Positions 11,919-24,225 of a stretch of DNA of 64,000 bases are shown in pieces. The number at the start of each line of letters is the position of its first letter. The stretch's first letter is position 1. The stretch comes from Octopus sinensis (Eukaryota). The stretch covers positions 28,024,001 through 28,088,000 of the forward strand of contig NC_043005.1 of NCBI RefSeq assembly GCF_006345805.1, given 5' to 3'. The notes below the pieces were generated by a model. It saw only the letters and a list, made by a program, of their open reading frames with translations, ran no database searches and was not told the DNA's origin. Position numbers and translations under genes: made by a program.

Positions 11919-12733
11919 CTTCTTCTTGGCATCATTTTGCCAACAAAGATTAGGAAGGCTGTTGTCCACGTCATCTGCACACTCGTTCATGGCTGATAAG
12001 GCCGATGTAGGATCAACATATCCGATTGCAATGATGACAGGGGTATGGTTGTTCAGGGTCTGATGATGCAGCTGCGTTGTTTTTCGCCTCTAATGTTTGT
12101 CTTCAAGAGAGGCACTGTGAGAGATCTCAAAGGAGGAAACAACATCACTGATGGTATGGTGCCAAGCGACGCGGTCAGCTGTTAGAGTGAACCACTCATG
12201 ATAATCAATGTCACAAACGCAAAGGGACAGCTTCAGGCAGTCCTTGTAATGCTTCCTTGGTGCTCCCCTCTTGCGGTGGTCAGCGGTGAGCTCACCATAC
12301 ATGATGATCTTGGGTAGGTAGTGGTCTTTCATCCTATCAACATGCCCAGCTCAGCACAGTCATGTCTCAAGTAAAATGGCTTCCAGGCTGGTGACCTTTG
12401 CTCACTCAAAGACCTCAGCGTTGATGATGTAGTTGCTCCAGTAAATGTTGAGGATGGTACTGAGGCAGCATTGAGGAAAATGTTCAAGGAGCCTGAGATG
12501 ACAGTTGTAGAAGACCCAGGACTCAGAGCCATATAGGAGCATTGTGAGAACGATGGCACTGAAGATGCTGACTTTTGTGCTGATCTTAAGATGCTTGTTG
12601 TTCCACACACACTTGTACAGTCTTCCAAATGCTTTGCAAGTGTGTTATCAATTTCTTTGTTGATACTCACATCTGATGAAATGGTACATCCAAGATAAGT
12701 GAACTGCTCTACCGACTTCAGTTCTGTTTCGGC
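11919..12733 (-). mobile_element. 5'-truncated, frameshifted RTE-clade LINE (3' RT/thumb region and tail)
   Basis: Peptides ELKSVEQFTYLGCTISSDVSINKEIDN, WNNKHLKISTKVSIFSAIVLTMLLYGSESW, LPKIIMYGELTADHRKRGAPRKHYKDCLK; (GAA)n tail. Confidence 0.9.
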
Positions 12734-12782
12734 ATATATGTTATATATATTATATTTTGGTATATATATTATATATATACAC

Positions 12783-13100
12783 ATGGAGGCGCAATGACCC
12801 AGTGGTTAGGGCAGCGGACTCACGATCGTAGGATCACGGTTTTGATTCCCAGACCGGGCGTTGTGAGTGTTTATTGAGCAAAAACACCTAAAGCTCCACG
12901 AGGCTCCGGCAGGGGGTGGTGGCGATCCCTGCTGTACTCTTTTACCAAAACTTTCTCTCACTCTTTCTTCTGTTAGCCTGCTCGCTTAGCCAGCGGGGTG
13001 GTGTCATTTGAAGGCTAAAACAATGCAAAGCGCATTGTGACCAGCGATGTGTAACAACATCTGATAGTCTGATCGAAAGAAGAAAGAAGACGAAAGAATT
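12783..13100 (+). mobile_element. tRNA-derived SINE family D
   Basis: A-box-like TGACCCAGTGG and B-box-like GGTTTTGATTCC, followed by a non-tRNA body ending in GAAAGAAG repeats. Confidence 0.75.
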
Positions 13101-13549
13101 ATATATACACATGCACATGTGTATATGTCTAACAATACAAATATATGAGTATACATAACTGTGTGTATATGCATGTGTGTGTCTGTGTGTACACCTGGAT
13201 CTCTCATCCATTATTTCCTTGTCAAGTTTATATTTGTTGTCCGCCCATCCTCTTTGATACCCCTTCTCTCTCTATGTCTCACTTTCCTGTTACTCATGCT
13301 TTTATTAATCATCTTTCCATCACTCATCTACTTTCTACTCACACTCTCTTCTATTTACTGTATTATTCTGAAAGTGTGATTTAATGATGGTAAGTACCCC
13401 CAATACATCCTATCATGACCCCCTTCTGTACGACCCTCTTCTTCAAGCCAGTTATTGACTTCCATCATTCACACACGTCATTGTCCACCTCTATTATGAT
13501 CCCTCATTCTGTTCCTCTTTACTACTTTCTTACCCCAATTACTCAACAA

Positions 13550-13885
<336 letters not shown>

Positions 13886-14715
13886 TACCCAGTTACTCTG
13901 TTTCTACCATCAAACTTCAGTCACATATCTTTGTTCTTCTATCACTGCTCCCCTTCCTATCCCCACCTCTCTCTCTCTCTTCTATTCATCTCTCTAACAT
14001 GTTGCCTTGTATGAACCAACACATCATAAAAGAGTAAGGATTCCTTATTCTTACAGAAAAGAAGGGAAGATCACTGGCACCATTAGCATGATAAAATGTA
14101 CCCAGAAAATTCACTTAAGTGGTTGCTGAATGAGCGGGGACATTTTGGAGTCCAGAGGATCCTTTAATCTTGTCAAGGACATGACAATCTGTCTCCCTAG
14201 TTCTGGTGCCATAATAAAATGCACCCAGTACACTCTGCAGATTGGCTGGCATTAGGAAGAACATCCAACATAGAAACTAAGCTCAAAATGAAATGAACAA
14301 GTAAAATATGATCCTCTTACTCATCAAGGAGGAAGGTTTACTCGGAATAAGAACTGACTGTGCCATAATGACTCATCTGATTCATGACAGCACAGAAAGC
14401 AGATATAAAATGATGATATTGATACACACACATACACTTGCATGGAACTACATCTTAGCCACTATTGTTTTAGGGTCTCAGCTATGGGTTATAGACTTGC
14501 CTCTGGAAGGTCACTTGCAGACACCCCAATGGACCAAGGGTAGATAAGGTCCTTCAAATCTTTAGCTGCTCATCTGAAACAAAGTGATCCATATAAATCC
14601 TGCACTCTCATGACTACTGGGCTCGTAATACTTGTTGCACTGGACCGGTACAAGTTTGAAGGAGAAAAGAGAGGGAATTTCTCATCACAAACCATGACCA
14701 CAATAAAAGTATTCA

Positions 14716-14940
14716 TTGGCAGAAACGTTAACACACCGGGCGAAATGCTTAGCAGTATTTCATCTGCCGCTACGTTCTGAGTTCAAATTCCAGCGAGGTT
14801 GACTTTGCCTTTCATCCTTTCGGGGTTGATTAAATAAGTACCAGTTATGCAGTGGGGTCGATATAATCGACTTAATCCGTTTGTCTGTCCTTGTTTGTCC
14901 CCTCTGTGTGTAGCCCCTTGTGGGCAGTAAAGAATAGGTT
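14716..14940 (+). mobile_element. SINE family C, near full length
   Basis: TGGCAGAAACGTTAAC...GAGTTCAAATTCC (B box)...GACTTTGCCTTTCATCCTTTCGGGGTTGATTAAATAAGTACCAG...AGCCCCTTGTGGGCAGTAAAGAATAGG. Confidence 0.9.
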
Positions 14941-15420
14941 GCTCCGCAAACCAAGACACCAGCATCAACACCATCACACTTTCTTCAGAAGATCAACAGA
15001 AATAGGAAAAGAAGTGATAGGGACATGTAGAGTGTGCTGCTGGAAGCCTTCAGCTTTGACTCTGCAAACAAGCAGTCAAACGGTGATGGTCATTTCCTAT
15101 AGGCCTGGAGAACACTGAACACTGTGCAGCTTTGACTTGCAGAACTTGCATTCATCAATACAACAAGAGTCCACCACTACACACACACACTCACACACAC
15201 ACACGGCATATATAGTTTAAGTCAGCCAACTTTGTTTATCTTTTCTTATCTTGGCTTAGAGCCAGGTTCCTATGAAAGAATCTCAGCAGACAAAATTCTC
15301 TGACAGGAAACCTGAGGTATCAGTGATGAAAGATTGACCATAACTGGCATATTAAATATTTATGCACCATTCCAATCAAGGAAATGTGTACTCTTTCCTA
15401 ACTTCATTACCACTAACATA

Positions 15421-15458
<38 letters not shown>

Positions 15459-15612
15459 TCAAGGGGACTAAATTTGTTTTAAGCATATTATTAATATGCT
15501 TGCTATTCACCTCATTAAACATGTTTTTTCATAAAAATGAACTGCCACACATATATGTATATTTATGCATATGTATGTATGAATATGCATATATATATGT
15601 ATATATATATAT

Positions 15613-15803
15613 AGTGAGAATTTACAAAAAAAAGCAAAAGATGAAGACTGGTGTGTAAACAACAAACAGGTGTATTAGTTTAATGCTCAGGAAGTGAGAA
15701 AGTCTTACGTTTCGAGCCTACGCTCTTCGACAGAAAGGAACACAGAAATAAACAGGGAGAGAAAATAGAAAAAGGTTTAGTGGCTAGTAATCTATGATGG
15801 TGA

Positions 15804-15808
<5 letters not shown>
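15613..15808 (-). mobile_element. H2 mini-element between (TA)n tracts
   Basis: Homologous to 9389-9580 along its whole length. Confidence 0.8.
15702..15738 (-). ncRNA. Hammerhead-like motif with CUGUCGA core (A6U variant)
   Basis: CCTTT CTGTCGA A GAGC GTAG GCTC GAA ACGT A AGAC. Confidence 0.6.
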
Positions 15809-15850
<42 letters not shown>

Positions 15851-15853
<3 letters not shown>

Positions 15854-16508
15854 TCATCATCATCATCATCATTTAACGTCCATTTTACATGCTGGCATGG
15901 GTTGGATGGTTCAATAGGGTTTGGGGAAGCCAGGAGGCTATACCAGGCCCCAATCTGATCTAGCAGTGCTTCTACAGCTGGATGCCCTTCCTAACACCAA
16001 CCACTCCGAGAATGTAATAGGTGCTTTTTATGTGCCACCGGCACAGGGGCCAAAGAAGCTGACATTGATCACGATTGGATGGTGCTTTTTATGTGCCACC
16101 AGCACGATGTTTATCAATTCATTTTGCAAGATTCTTGATGTGAATGGCGTGTTTGAAACATATTGTTGTATTTTGGGATGGTCATTTTATTTATAATTTT
16201 TTTTTTGCCAAATAAACACATGCACTATATATACATTTTTTTCTTCACTCATTTATTAGTGTTGTTATTTATTTTATATCCATTGTCAGGAAATCTTTCA
16301 TCACACATCTGTGACCTCTTCAGCGACATTTTTCTTTCCGTGTGTGTTCTTGCTCCACTTACTCCATAGAAGAACAGAATGGAGTGAGTGGAGCAAGAAC
16401 ACACACGAAATGAAAAGTGCCGCAAAGGAGGTCACAGATGTGTGATGGGGAATTTCCGGACAATGGACATAAAATAAATAACAACAGTTATATGAGTGAG
16501 GAAAATAT

Positions 16509-16571
<63 letters not shown>

Positions 16572-17234
16572 ATCATCATCATCATCATCATCATTTAACG
16601 TCCATTTTACATGCTGGCATGGGTTGGATGGTTCAATAGGGTTTGGGGAAGCCAGGAGGCTATACCAGGCCCCAATCTGATCTAGCAGTGCTTCTACAGC
16701 TGGATGCTCTTCCTAACACCAACCACTCCGAGAGTGTAATAGGTGCTTTTTATGTGCCACCGGCACAGTGGCCAAAGAAGCTGACATTGACCACGATTGG
16801 ATGGTGCTTTTTATGTGCCACCAGCACGATGTTTATCAATTCATTTTGCAAGATTCTTGATGTGAAATGGCGTGTTTGAAACATATTGTTGTATTTTGGG
16901 ATGGTCATTTTATTTATAATTTTTTTTTTTGCCAAATAAACACATGCACTATATATACATTTTTTTCTTCACTCATTTATTAGTGTTGTTATTTATTTTA
17001 TATCCATTGTCAGGAAATCTTTCATCACACATCTGTGACCTCTTCAGCGACATTTTTCGTTTCCGTGTGTGTTCTTGCTCCACTTACTCCATAGAAGAAC
17101 AGAATGGAGTGAGTGGAGCAAGAACACACACAGAAATGAAAAGTGCCGCAAAGGAGGTCACAGATGTGTGATGGGGAATTTCCGGACAATGGACATAAAA
17201 TAAATAACAACAGTTATATGAGTGAGGAAAATAT

Positions 17235-17295
<61 letters not shown>
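15851..17295. repeat. Near-identical tandem duplication, 722-bp period, 2 copies
   Basis: ATTTAACGTCC at 15871 and 16593; each unit = SINE A + hairpin + (TA)n; few substitutions between units. Confidence 0.9.
16227..16510. mobile_element. Foldback element, about 135-bp arms and 11-nt loop (duplicate at about 16949-17232)
   Basis: ...TTGCTCCACTTACTCCAT AGAAGAACAGA ATGGAGTGAGTGGAGCAA...; both outer ends run into (TA)n. Confidence 0.8.
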
Positions 17296-17299
<4 letters not shown>

Positions 17300-17344
17300 G
17301 TGTGCTTATTTGGCAAAAAAAAAAAATTATAAAATGACCATCCT

Positions 17345-18145
17345 GAAATACAGCAATATACATGTATGTATGTGTATATATATATTTTTGTTTTCTTTTT
17401 TATATATACATTACCGGCGTACATACACTTTTGGTCTCTTATATGCAAGTACATACATATATATCTAAATTCTGTATGACTCTCTTATTCTTTCTTTCAG
17501 CCCCTTCACACTTACTTCGTTCCTTCCACTTTTCTTTTTCTCACTATCCCTCTCTCACATTTTCCCCTTCCCTTCATTTTCACTCTCCCTCCTCTTTTAC
17601 CTCACTTTGTCCCTTTTCTTTCGTTCTCGTCCCTCCCTAATTCTTGTATCTTTCTACCCCTACCTCTTTCCTCTCCTTTCACATGACCAGTATTCTGCCA
17701 AGCCTTACCTTTCTTTCTTGGTTTGACTACCATCCATGCAACATCTATATTCCTTCCCATGCCTGTCATCTCTTATGTCCTTGCCATAAGGCTTCACTTC
17801 CACACACGCCAGCTTAATTTAATTCGTCCTTAGTCGAAAGACACCTGTTGTTAATGTCCTGTTGTTTGTATTTGTATTTGTGTACCATTTCTCGTTTTTT
17901 TTATCATCCTTGTTTTCATATACTTTCACTTGCTTTCTTCCAAGGAATCTAGTGCTTTTAGCTTAGATTTTCTTGGGACTGGCCAGATTGGAGCAGTGTC
18001 GAGTATAACTGGCTGAAACTGCTGAGAAAATCTGGAACTCGATTGAAGACAGAAAACTCTGAATGACCTGTACTTGTTTTTTTCCTGTCCTTTTTTGTAT
18101 AACTGTTATGTTTTTGTTCCATTTTTTGTTTTCCTTTTATATGTG
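17345..18145 (+). mobile_element. Unclassified pyrimidine-rich repeat family F
   Basis: Shares CAGTCGAAAGACACCTGTTG, CCAAGGAATCTA.TGCT.TTAGCTTAG and GGCCAGATTGGAGCA with 24050-24925. Confidence 0.7.
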
Positions 18146-18161
18146 TGTACATGTGTAGATT

Positions 18162-18195
<34 letters not shown>

Positions 18196-19267
18196 TGTGT
18201 GTGTATAATGATAAAATAAACACGGGTTTGAACGTGGTACCCCTTTAGTACATCTATCACGTTTCAGTATTCGGTAATTAAATGATGTCATGCTATGTAA
18301 CTTATAAGTGCAGCATGCATAATTATTATTGATGTGGTCTTTATATTATGTTATATCTCTCCTAAAACTGCATTGAGCCCCTTAAGGATCACACCGCAAC
18401 AGGATTTTAATGTGATTGTTAATAAGCACCACTACCTGAAAGGGAAACGTGCACTAAGCACATCCATTTTCCCTATATGTCAACTGGTATATGCAAATGA
18501 GAAAGTATTTAATTAAAATCTCATACACCAGATTTTTAATCAGCAAGGCAGTTATTCACATCAGTGACTGTTTTATTAATTTTTTTTTTACCATGTTAGA
18601 GATTAGACATTCTTGTCTGAGCAGGTGGTTGGCTCTAAATACATGCCATTAAAATGGCTCAAAAAAGACCGAAATGTTTCTGGCACTTTTGCTGGCCACT
18701 GCCAAGATGAATTTTCTTCCCTTTCTTTGATATTTATTGTTGTAACACAGCAAATCCATAGGAGATGTTATCTCAGTACAAATACTGCAGTAACTTGGCC
18801 TATCAACAGAGTGTATGGGGGAATATTTATTTATTTGTTTATCATAAACTTACAGATGTTTCTGATACGCATTATAGGTGCATTCATAGTTACACTCAAA
18901 TGGTCAATTGACCGATTGAAGAAATTGAATCTCCTTAACAAATACCATCATCCTCAAAGTCTACACAACAAGTGTCAAAATAAACAAAAACAAAAGTAAG
19001 AGGAAAGAAGAGAAAAGAAAAGAAAAAGAAAAAATAGAAGAGGAGAAAAAAAAAGAAGAGCAAGACAGAGTAGAACCAAGGAAATGAAAGAAGATGGAAA
19101 TGAAGCTGGTGAGTATTGTATCTATAAGGAAGTGATCCTTCTCTAGCGACCAGCCAAGGCCATTGTTATCTGTTACCAAGATTGAATAGTATCAACAAAG
19201 GGTTTTGAAATTTGATCCTCACCACTTTCTCCAGTAATCAACTTTCGGCTAAATTTTATGATATTCT

Positions 19268-19470
19268 TTTATTCTTTTACCTGTTTCAGTCATTTGACTG
19301 CAGCCATGCTGGAGCACTGCCCTTAGTTGGGAAAGTCAACCCCAAAACTTATTCATTGTAAGCCTAGTACTTATTTTATCGCTGTTTTTTTGCCGAACTG
19401 CTAAGTTACGGGGGTGTAAATGCACCAGCATCTGTTGTCAAGCAATGTTGGGGGGACAAACACAGACACA
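19268..19470 (-). mobile_element. SINE family B 3' part
   Basis: TTTCAGTCATTTGACTGCAGCCATGCTGGAGCAC...GGGGACAAACACAGAC. Confidence 0.85.
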
Positions 19471-19494
19471 CAAATATATATAATATATATAGTC

Positions 19495-19526
<32 letters not shown>

Positions 19527-19666
19527 ATATATATATATATATGTACATGCGTATATATATATATATATATAATATATATTGTACAATATATATATATATA
19601 TGTACATACATATATATATATATGTACATATATATATATGCATACATATATATATATATATATATT

Positions 19667-19697
<31 letters not shown>

Positions 19698-19750
19698 TAG
19701 ATAGATAGATAAATAGATAGACAGAGAGATAGATAGATATATACGTACAT

Positions 19751-19794
<44 letters not shown>

Positions 19795-19795
19795 T
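19470..19795. repeat. Compound (TA)n/(GA)n/(GATA)n microsatellite
   Basis: Direct reading. Confidence 0.95.
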
Positions 19796-19877
19796 TGTAG
19801 TTCGGGATGGTCATTTTATTTATTATTTTTTATTTTTTGCCAAATAAACACACATACTATATACTCTTTTACTCTTT

Positions 19878-20270
19878 TTTTTTTTTTACTTGTTTCAGTC
19901 ATTTGACCGCAGCCATGCTGGTGTACCACCTTTAGTCAAGCAAATCAACCCCAGAGCTTATTCTTTGTAAGCCTAGTACTTATTCTATCGGTCTCTCTTG
20001 CCGAACCACTAAGTTATGGAGGTGTAAATACACCAGCATCAGTTGTCAAGCGATGGTGGGGGGACAAACACAGACATACAACCACACACACACACACATA
20101 TATATACACGATGGGATTCTTTCAGTTTCCATCTACCAGATCCACTCACAAGGCTTTTGTTGGCCCGAGGCTATAGTAGAAGGCACTTACCCAAGGTGCA
20201 ACACTGTGGGACTGAACCTGGAACCATGTGGTTGGTAAGCAAGCTAATTACCCCACAGCCACTCCTGTAC
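19878..20270 (-). mobile_element. SINE family B full length
   Basis: Tail, internal (CA)n/(TA)n and head ending ...CCACAGCCACTCCTG. Confidence 0.85.
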
Positions 20271-20691
20271 CTATCTAGGTCATTTTTAATCAGATTACTA
20301 CTACATAATGGCAGTTCTAGTATGTTGTTTAGGATGTTCTTATCTAAGATAGCTTGATATTTTTTCTCTCCTCTTGTTTTTTCTTTTCTCTTCACACTTC
20401 TTTCCACGGCTGTTTATATGATCTTTGCTACTTGCTGTGTGAACTCTGAAGATGATATTATTTGTTAAGTTCATTCAAATTTTTCAATTGGTCAATCAAG
20501 CAAGTGAGTAAACGGAACTGTGAGTGCACCTATAATGTATATCAGAAACGTCTATAAGTCTGCAATGCACACATAAATAAACATGTAATGCCCATTATTT
20601 ATGACTTATCTTGTATATGACTCAGTGAGAACATACCATATCAACTGGGAAATACAACTATGGATTTATAAAGTCAACTGGGGATGGACTT

Positions 20692-21070
20692 CAACTTCGG
20701 ATCTTACCTTAGGATTATCTGGAGTTCTATACCAATCTGAAAACCTTTTGTTAGCCTCGTGTATTTGTATTACTAGAAAGCTTAAGAAGTATTTTGCCCA
20801 GGTTTATAATTCCTTATTAATAACACTTTATTGTGATATATATATATATATATTAATATATACATACATACATACATACATACATACATACATACATACA
20901 TGTAAGTATGTATATCACAATATATTAATAAAGAGTTATTATTAAGGGATTATGAATCCAAGCAAAATACTTCTTAAGCTTTCTCTTAATACAAGTACAC
21001 GAGGCTAACAAGAGGTTTTCTGATTGGTTTAGAACTCCAGATAATCCTAAGGCAAGATCCAAAGTTGCAA
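20692..21070. mobile_element. Inverted pair (about 150-bp arms) enclosing a (TA/TACA)n microsatellite
   Basis: CCTTAGGATTATCTGGAGTTCTA...AGCCTCGTGTA mirrors TACACGAGGCTAAC...TAGAACTCCAGATAATCCTAAGG. Confidence 0.8.
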
Positions 21071-21229
21071 CTTCTACACACACACACACACACACACACA
21101 CCACACACACACACATACATACACACACACGAACACACACACATATGCATATTTGTATGTATGTACATATGTGTGTGTGTATGTGTATACACATGAATAT
21201 ATTTATATATATTCTTTAATTCCTTTATT

Positions 21230-21645
21230 CTTTTATTCTTTTACTTTTATCAGTCATTTGACTGTGGCCATGCTGGAGCCCCGCCTTTAGTCAAACAAAT
21301 CAACCTCAGAACTTCCTTGTAAGCCTAGTACTTATTCTATCAGTCTCTTTTGTCGAACTGCTAGGTTACTGGGACATAAACGCACCAACATCGGTTGTCA
21401 AGCGATGGTGGGAGACAAACACAGACACACAAATATATACATATACATGTATGTATATATATATATATATAATATATATATATATATACACGATGGGTTC
21501 TTTCAGTTTCCTCCTTCTACCAAATCCACACAAGGCTTGGTTGACCCGAGGCTATAGTAGAAGACACTTGCCCAAGGTCCCACGAAGTGGGACTGAACCT
21601 AGAACTATGTGGTTGGGAAGCAGTTTCTTACCACCTCCTGTGCCT
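21230..21645 (-). mobile_element. SINE family B full length
   Basis: As for the other B copies; internal (TA)n. Confidence 0.85.
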
Positions 21646-21874
21646 ATGTATATATATATATATATATATATATGGTGCTTTATTTTGATTATATTTATAT
21701 ATAAATCAAAATAAAGAAAATGTTATACCGACATCATAGTTACATCAGAGTTACAACTATGATGTTGTAGGTACAACATGTTCTTTGTCTATCTCCTTAA
21801 CTTATTGGAGATCTTAGGTAAAATTATATTAATGTGTCCCTCTGTTCTAATTTAATTACATTCTATGTCTTTGT

Positions 21875-21964
21875 GCAGCTGAAGATTGCTCTACATTTTA
21901 AATTGATGTAATGAAATGATTGCATTGTTCAATTAAATGGAGTCGCATGAAACGATCGTACTGT
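21875..21964 (+). ncRNA. Hammerhead ribozyme motif H3 with long stem II, intact core
   Basis: GCAG CTGAAGA [about 63-nt irregular hairpin] GAA ACGATCGT A CTGT: stem I GCAG/CTGT, palindromic stem III, GUA site. Confidence 0.7.
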
Positions 21965-22081
21965 ATTACCTCTGGATATCCTTGTTGCTTATTTTGATTT
22001 TAATCACCTTATTTTAAAATCGTATGGATAATACCATACTAAATTCTGGTGCCTCTATTTAAGTACCATATTCATCTGAAT

Positions 22082-22084
22082 CTA

Positions 22085-22134
<50 letters not shown>

Positions 22135-22271
22135 ATACGTACATACATACATATGTATATAGATAGATAAGTAGATAGATAGACAGATATGTATGTATAT
22201 ATATATATAATATATAGATAGATAGATAGACAGACAGACAGATAGACAGATAGACAGATAGATAGATAGAT

Positions 22272-22339
<68 letters not shown>

Positions 22340-22345
22340 TATGAT
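22082..22345. repeat. (TA)n/(TACA)n/(GATA)n microsatellite
   Basis: Direct reading. Confidence 0.95.
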
Positions 22346-22863
22346 CTCAGAAACAGATACATATATTCCGTTAGTTCCTTCAGAAGAATGTGTGAACTAA
22401 TGAGACCTCAAGAGGATTGGTATTTCCCTATATTGATAAGGTTAGGACTTGAAATTCCTCACAAAATCATAACAGAAAAATACATTCAGAATGAAGTTCC
22501 AGAAACTATACATGTGTGTGTATGTGTGTGTGTTAATATTGCCCTTACTGACTTTAATCTTCACAACTCTCCTTGCCCCTCACATTCCTCCCATACCAAT
22601 ACTGTTGGCAATAGATTCTTTCATAATCCTAAACTCCCTAAAACTGTAATCACTTCCCCATATCCATGACCAACATAACACACACTTCATATTTTCTACC
22701 CACAACCCCAGATTTTTGTAAACTACCACTATTCCAACATGTATCGGGTTACCTCATCATTGACTAACCAAGACCACACACTAGATATTCATTCATAATC
22801 TCCATAATTGTACTGGAATTTTACACTAAATATTTCTACCAGAAAATTTACCTCAAGCCTGAC

Positions 22864-23015
22864 CAGGGCCAATTCAAGGTACCAATAACTCGGGCAGATG
22901 TCTGTGGTGCTATGTCCTAGGGGGCACCAAGTAGGGCATGACAAAAACAAGGAAATTGTTGGAAATGTTGAAGCTCAGCTTGCCTGGGGCGCTAGCAATC
23001 CTAGGGCCAGCCCTG
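22864..23015. mobile_element. hAT-type MITE
   Basis: Termini CAGGGCC / GGCCAGCCCTG; 8-bp TSD AGCCTGAC / AGCCTGGC (7/8 match). Confidence 0.75.
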
Positions 23016-23534
23016 AGCCTGGCACACCTGAAACAGCTAAGTAACTAGAAAGATCTTCTAAAGCATGTCACTTCATATCCCTTACACAAAACTCACAAAT
23101 TTATGCCCAAAGTAGTTAACATGCAGTGAAGTTGAAGAATATGGCCTATAGCACCTAGGTAGATATCATCCAGCTTTACCAACTGAGTGGTATAACCCAC
23201 AACTGCAACTTCTACCTGGCTCCTACCGTTTTAAATGTAAATATTGTGTTTATACATCACATATCTGCAAGTTCTCTCATCTCTGAAATTTGGCTCCTTG
23301 CCAACAGGATATCTCAACCAACTTTATAGAATCCACATAGCACCACTCCTTAACCAAGACATTACCAGACTTACAGAATATTAAATAAGACACCACTAAA
23401 TTTTTCTAGAAGACTTTTTAGAACTTTACTTCACTGTATTTAGATATAAACCAACAATAAAAATGGCCATGAAATCAATGGCCAATGGTTAGGACTGATT
23501 CTGGGTAAGTTAAATTTTGGTACCCCAGATATTC

Positions 23535-23740
23535 TTTTAGTCTTTTACTTGTTTCAGTCATTTGACTGCAGCCATGCTGGAGCACTGCCTTTAGTTGAAC
23601 AAATCAACTGTAGCACTTATTCTTTGTAAGCCTAGTACTTATTCTATTGGTCTCTTTTGCCAAACCGCTAGGTTATAGGGATGTAAACACACCAACATCG
23701 GTTGTCAAGTGATGGTCAAGGGACAAACACAGATGCACAT
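23535..23740 (-). mobile_element. SINE family B 3' part
   Basis: GTTTCAGTCATTTGACTGCAGCCATGCTGGAGCAC...GGGACAAACACAG. Confidence 0.85.
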
Positions 23741-23745
23741 ACATA

Positions 23746-23782
<37 letters not shown>

Positions 23783-23995
23783 ACGGAAAAATCACGGTCA
23801 TTTCTTCATACACTAAATATATAAACTTCAAATTTCCGCACTAAGGCACGGGTTTGAGACCCCATGGTCGTAACCTCAACCGTGATTTTTCTGTTGTGAT
23901 TTTTGCTACCCAGGTATCGGTTATCTTTTGAATAATCCATAACAAGATAATTCATTTATCCATTTCATTATATATATATATATATATGTATATAT

Positions 23996-24033
<38 letters not shown>

Positions 24034-24049
24034 AGAACAAAGTGTATGT

Positions 24050-24193
24050 TCGCTGTAATCAGCCAAAATTGCGAGGATGATCTGGTTCGTGACTGAAGAT
24101 AAAAGGCTTTAAATGACCCGTCTGTGTTTTTTTCGTATTGTATATCTGGATGTTTTGTTGTCCCGTTTTGCGTTATTGTCCCATTTTGTATTT

Positions 24194-24225
<32 letters not shown>

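Noticed and set aside
18614-18685. CTGAGCA...ACCGAAATGTTTC as a hammerhead
   Set aside because: Core mismatch at G8, no stem I complement, and single occurrence.
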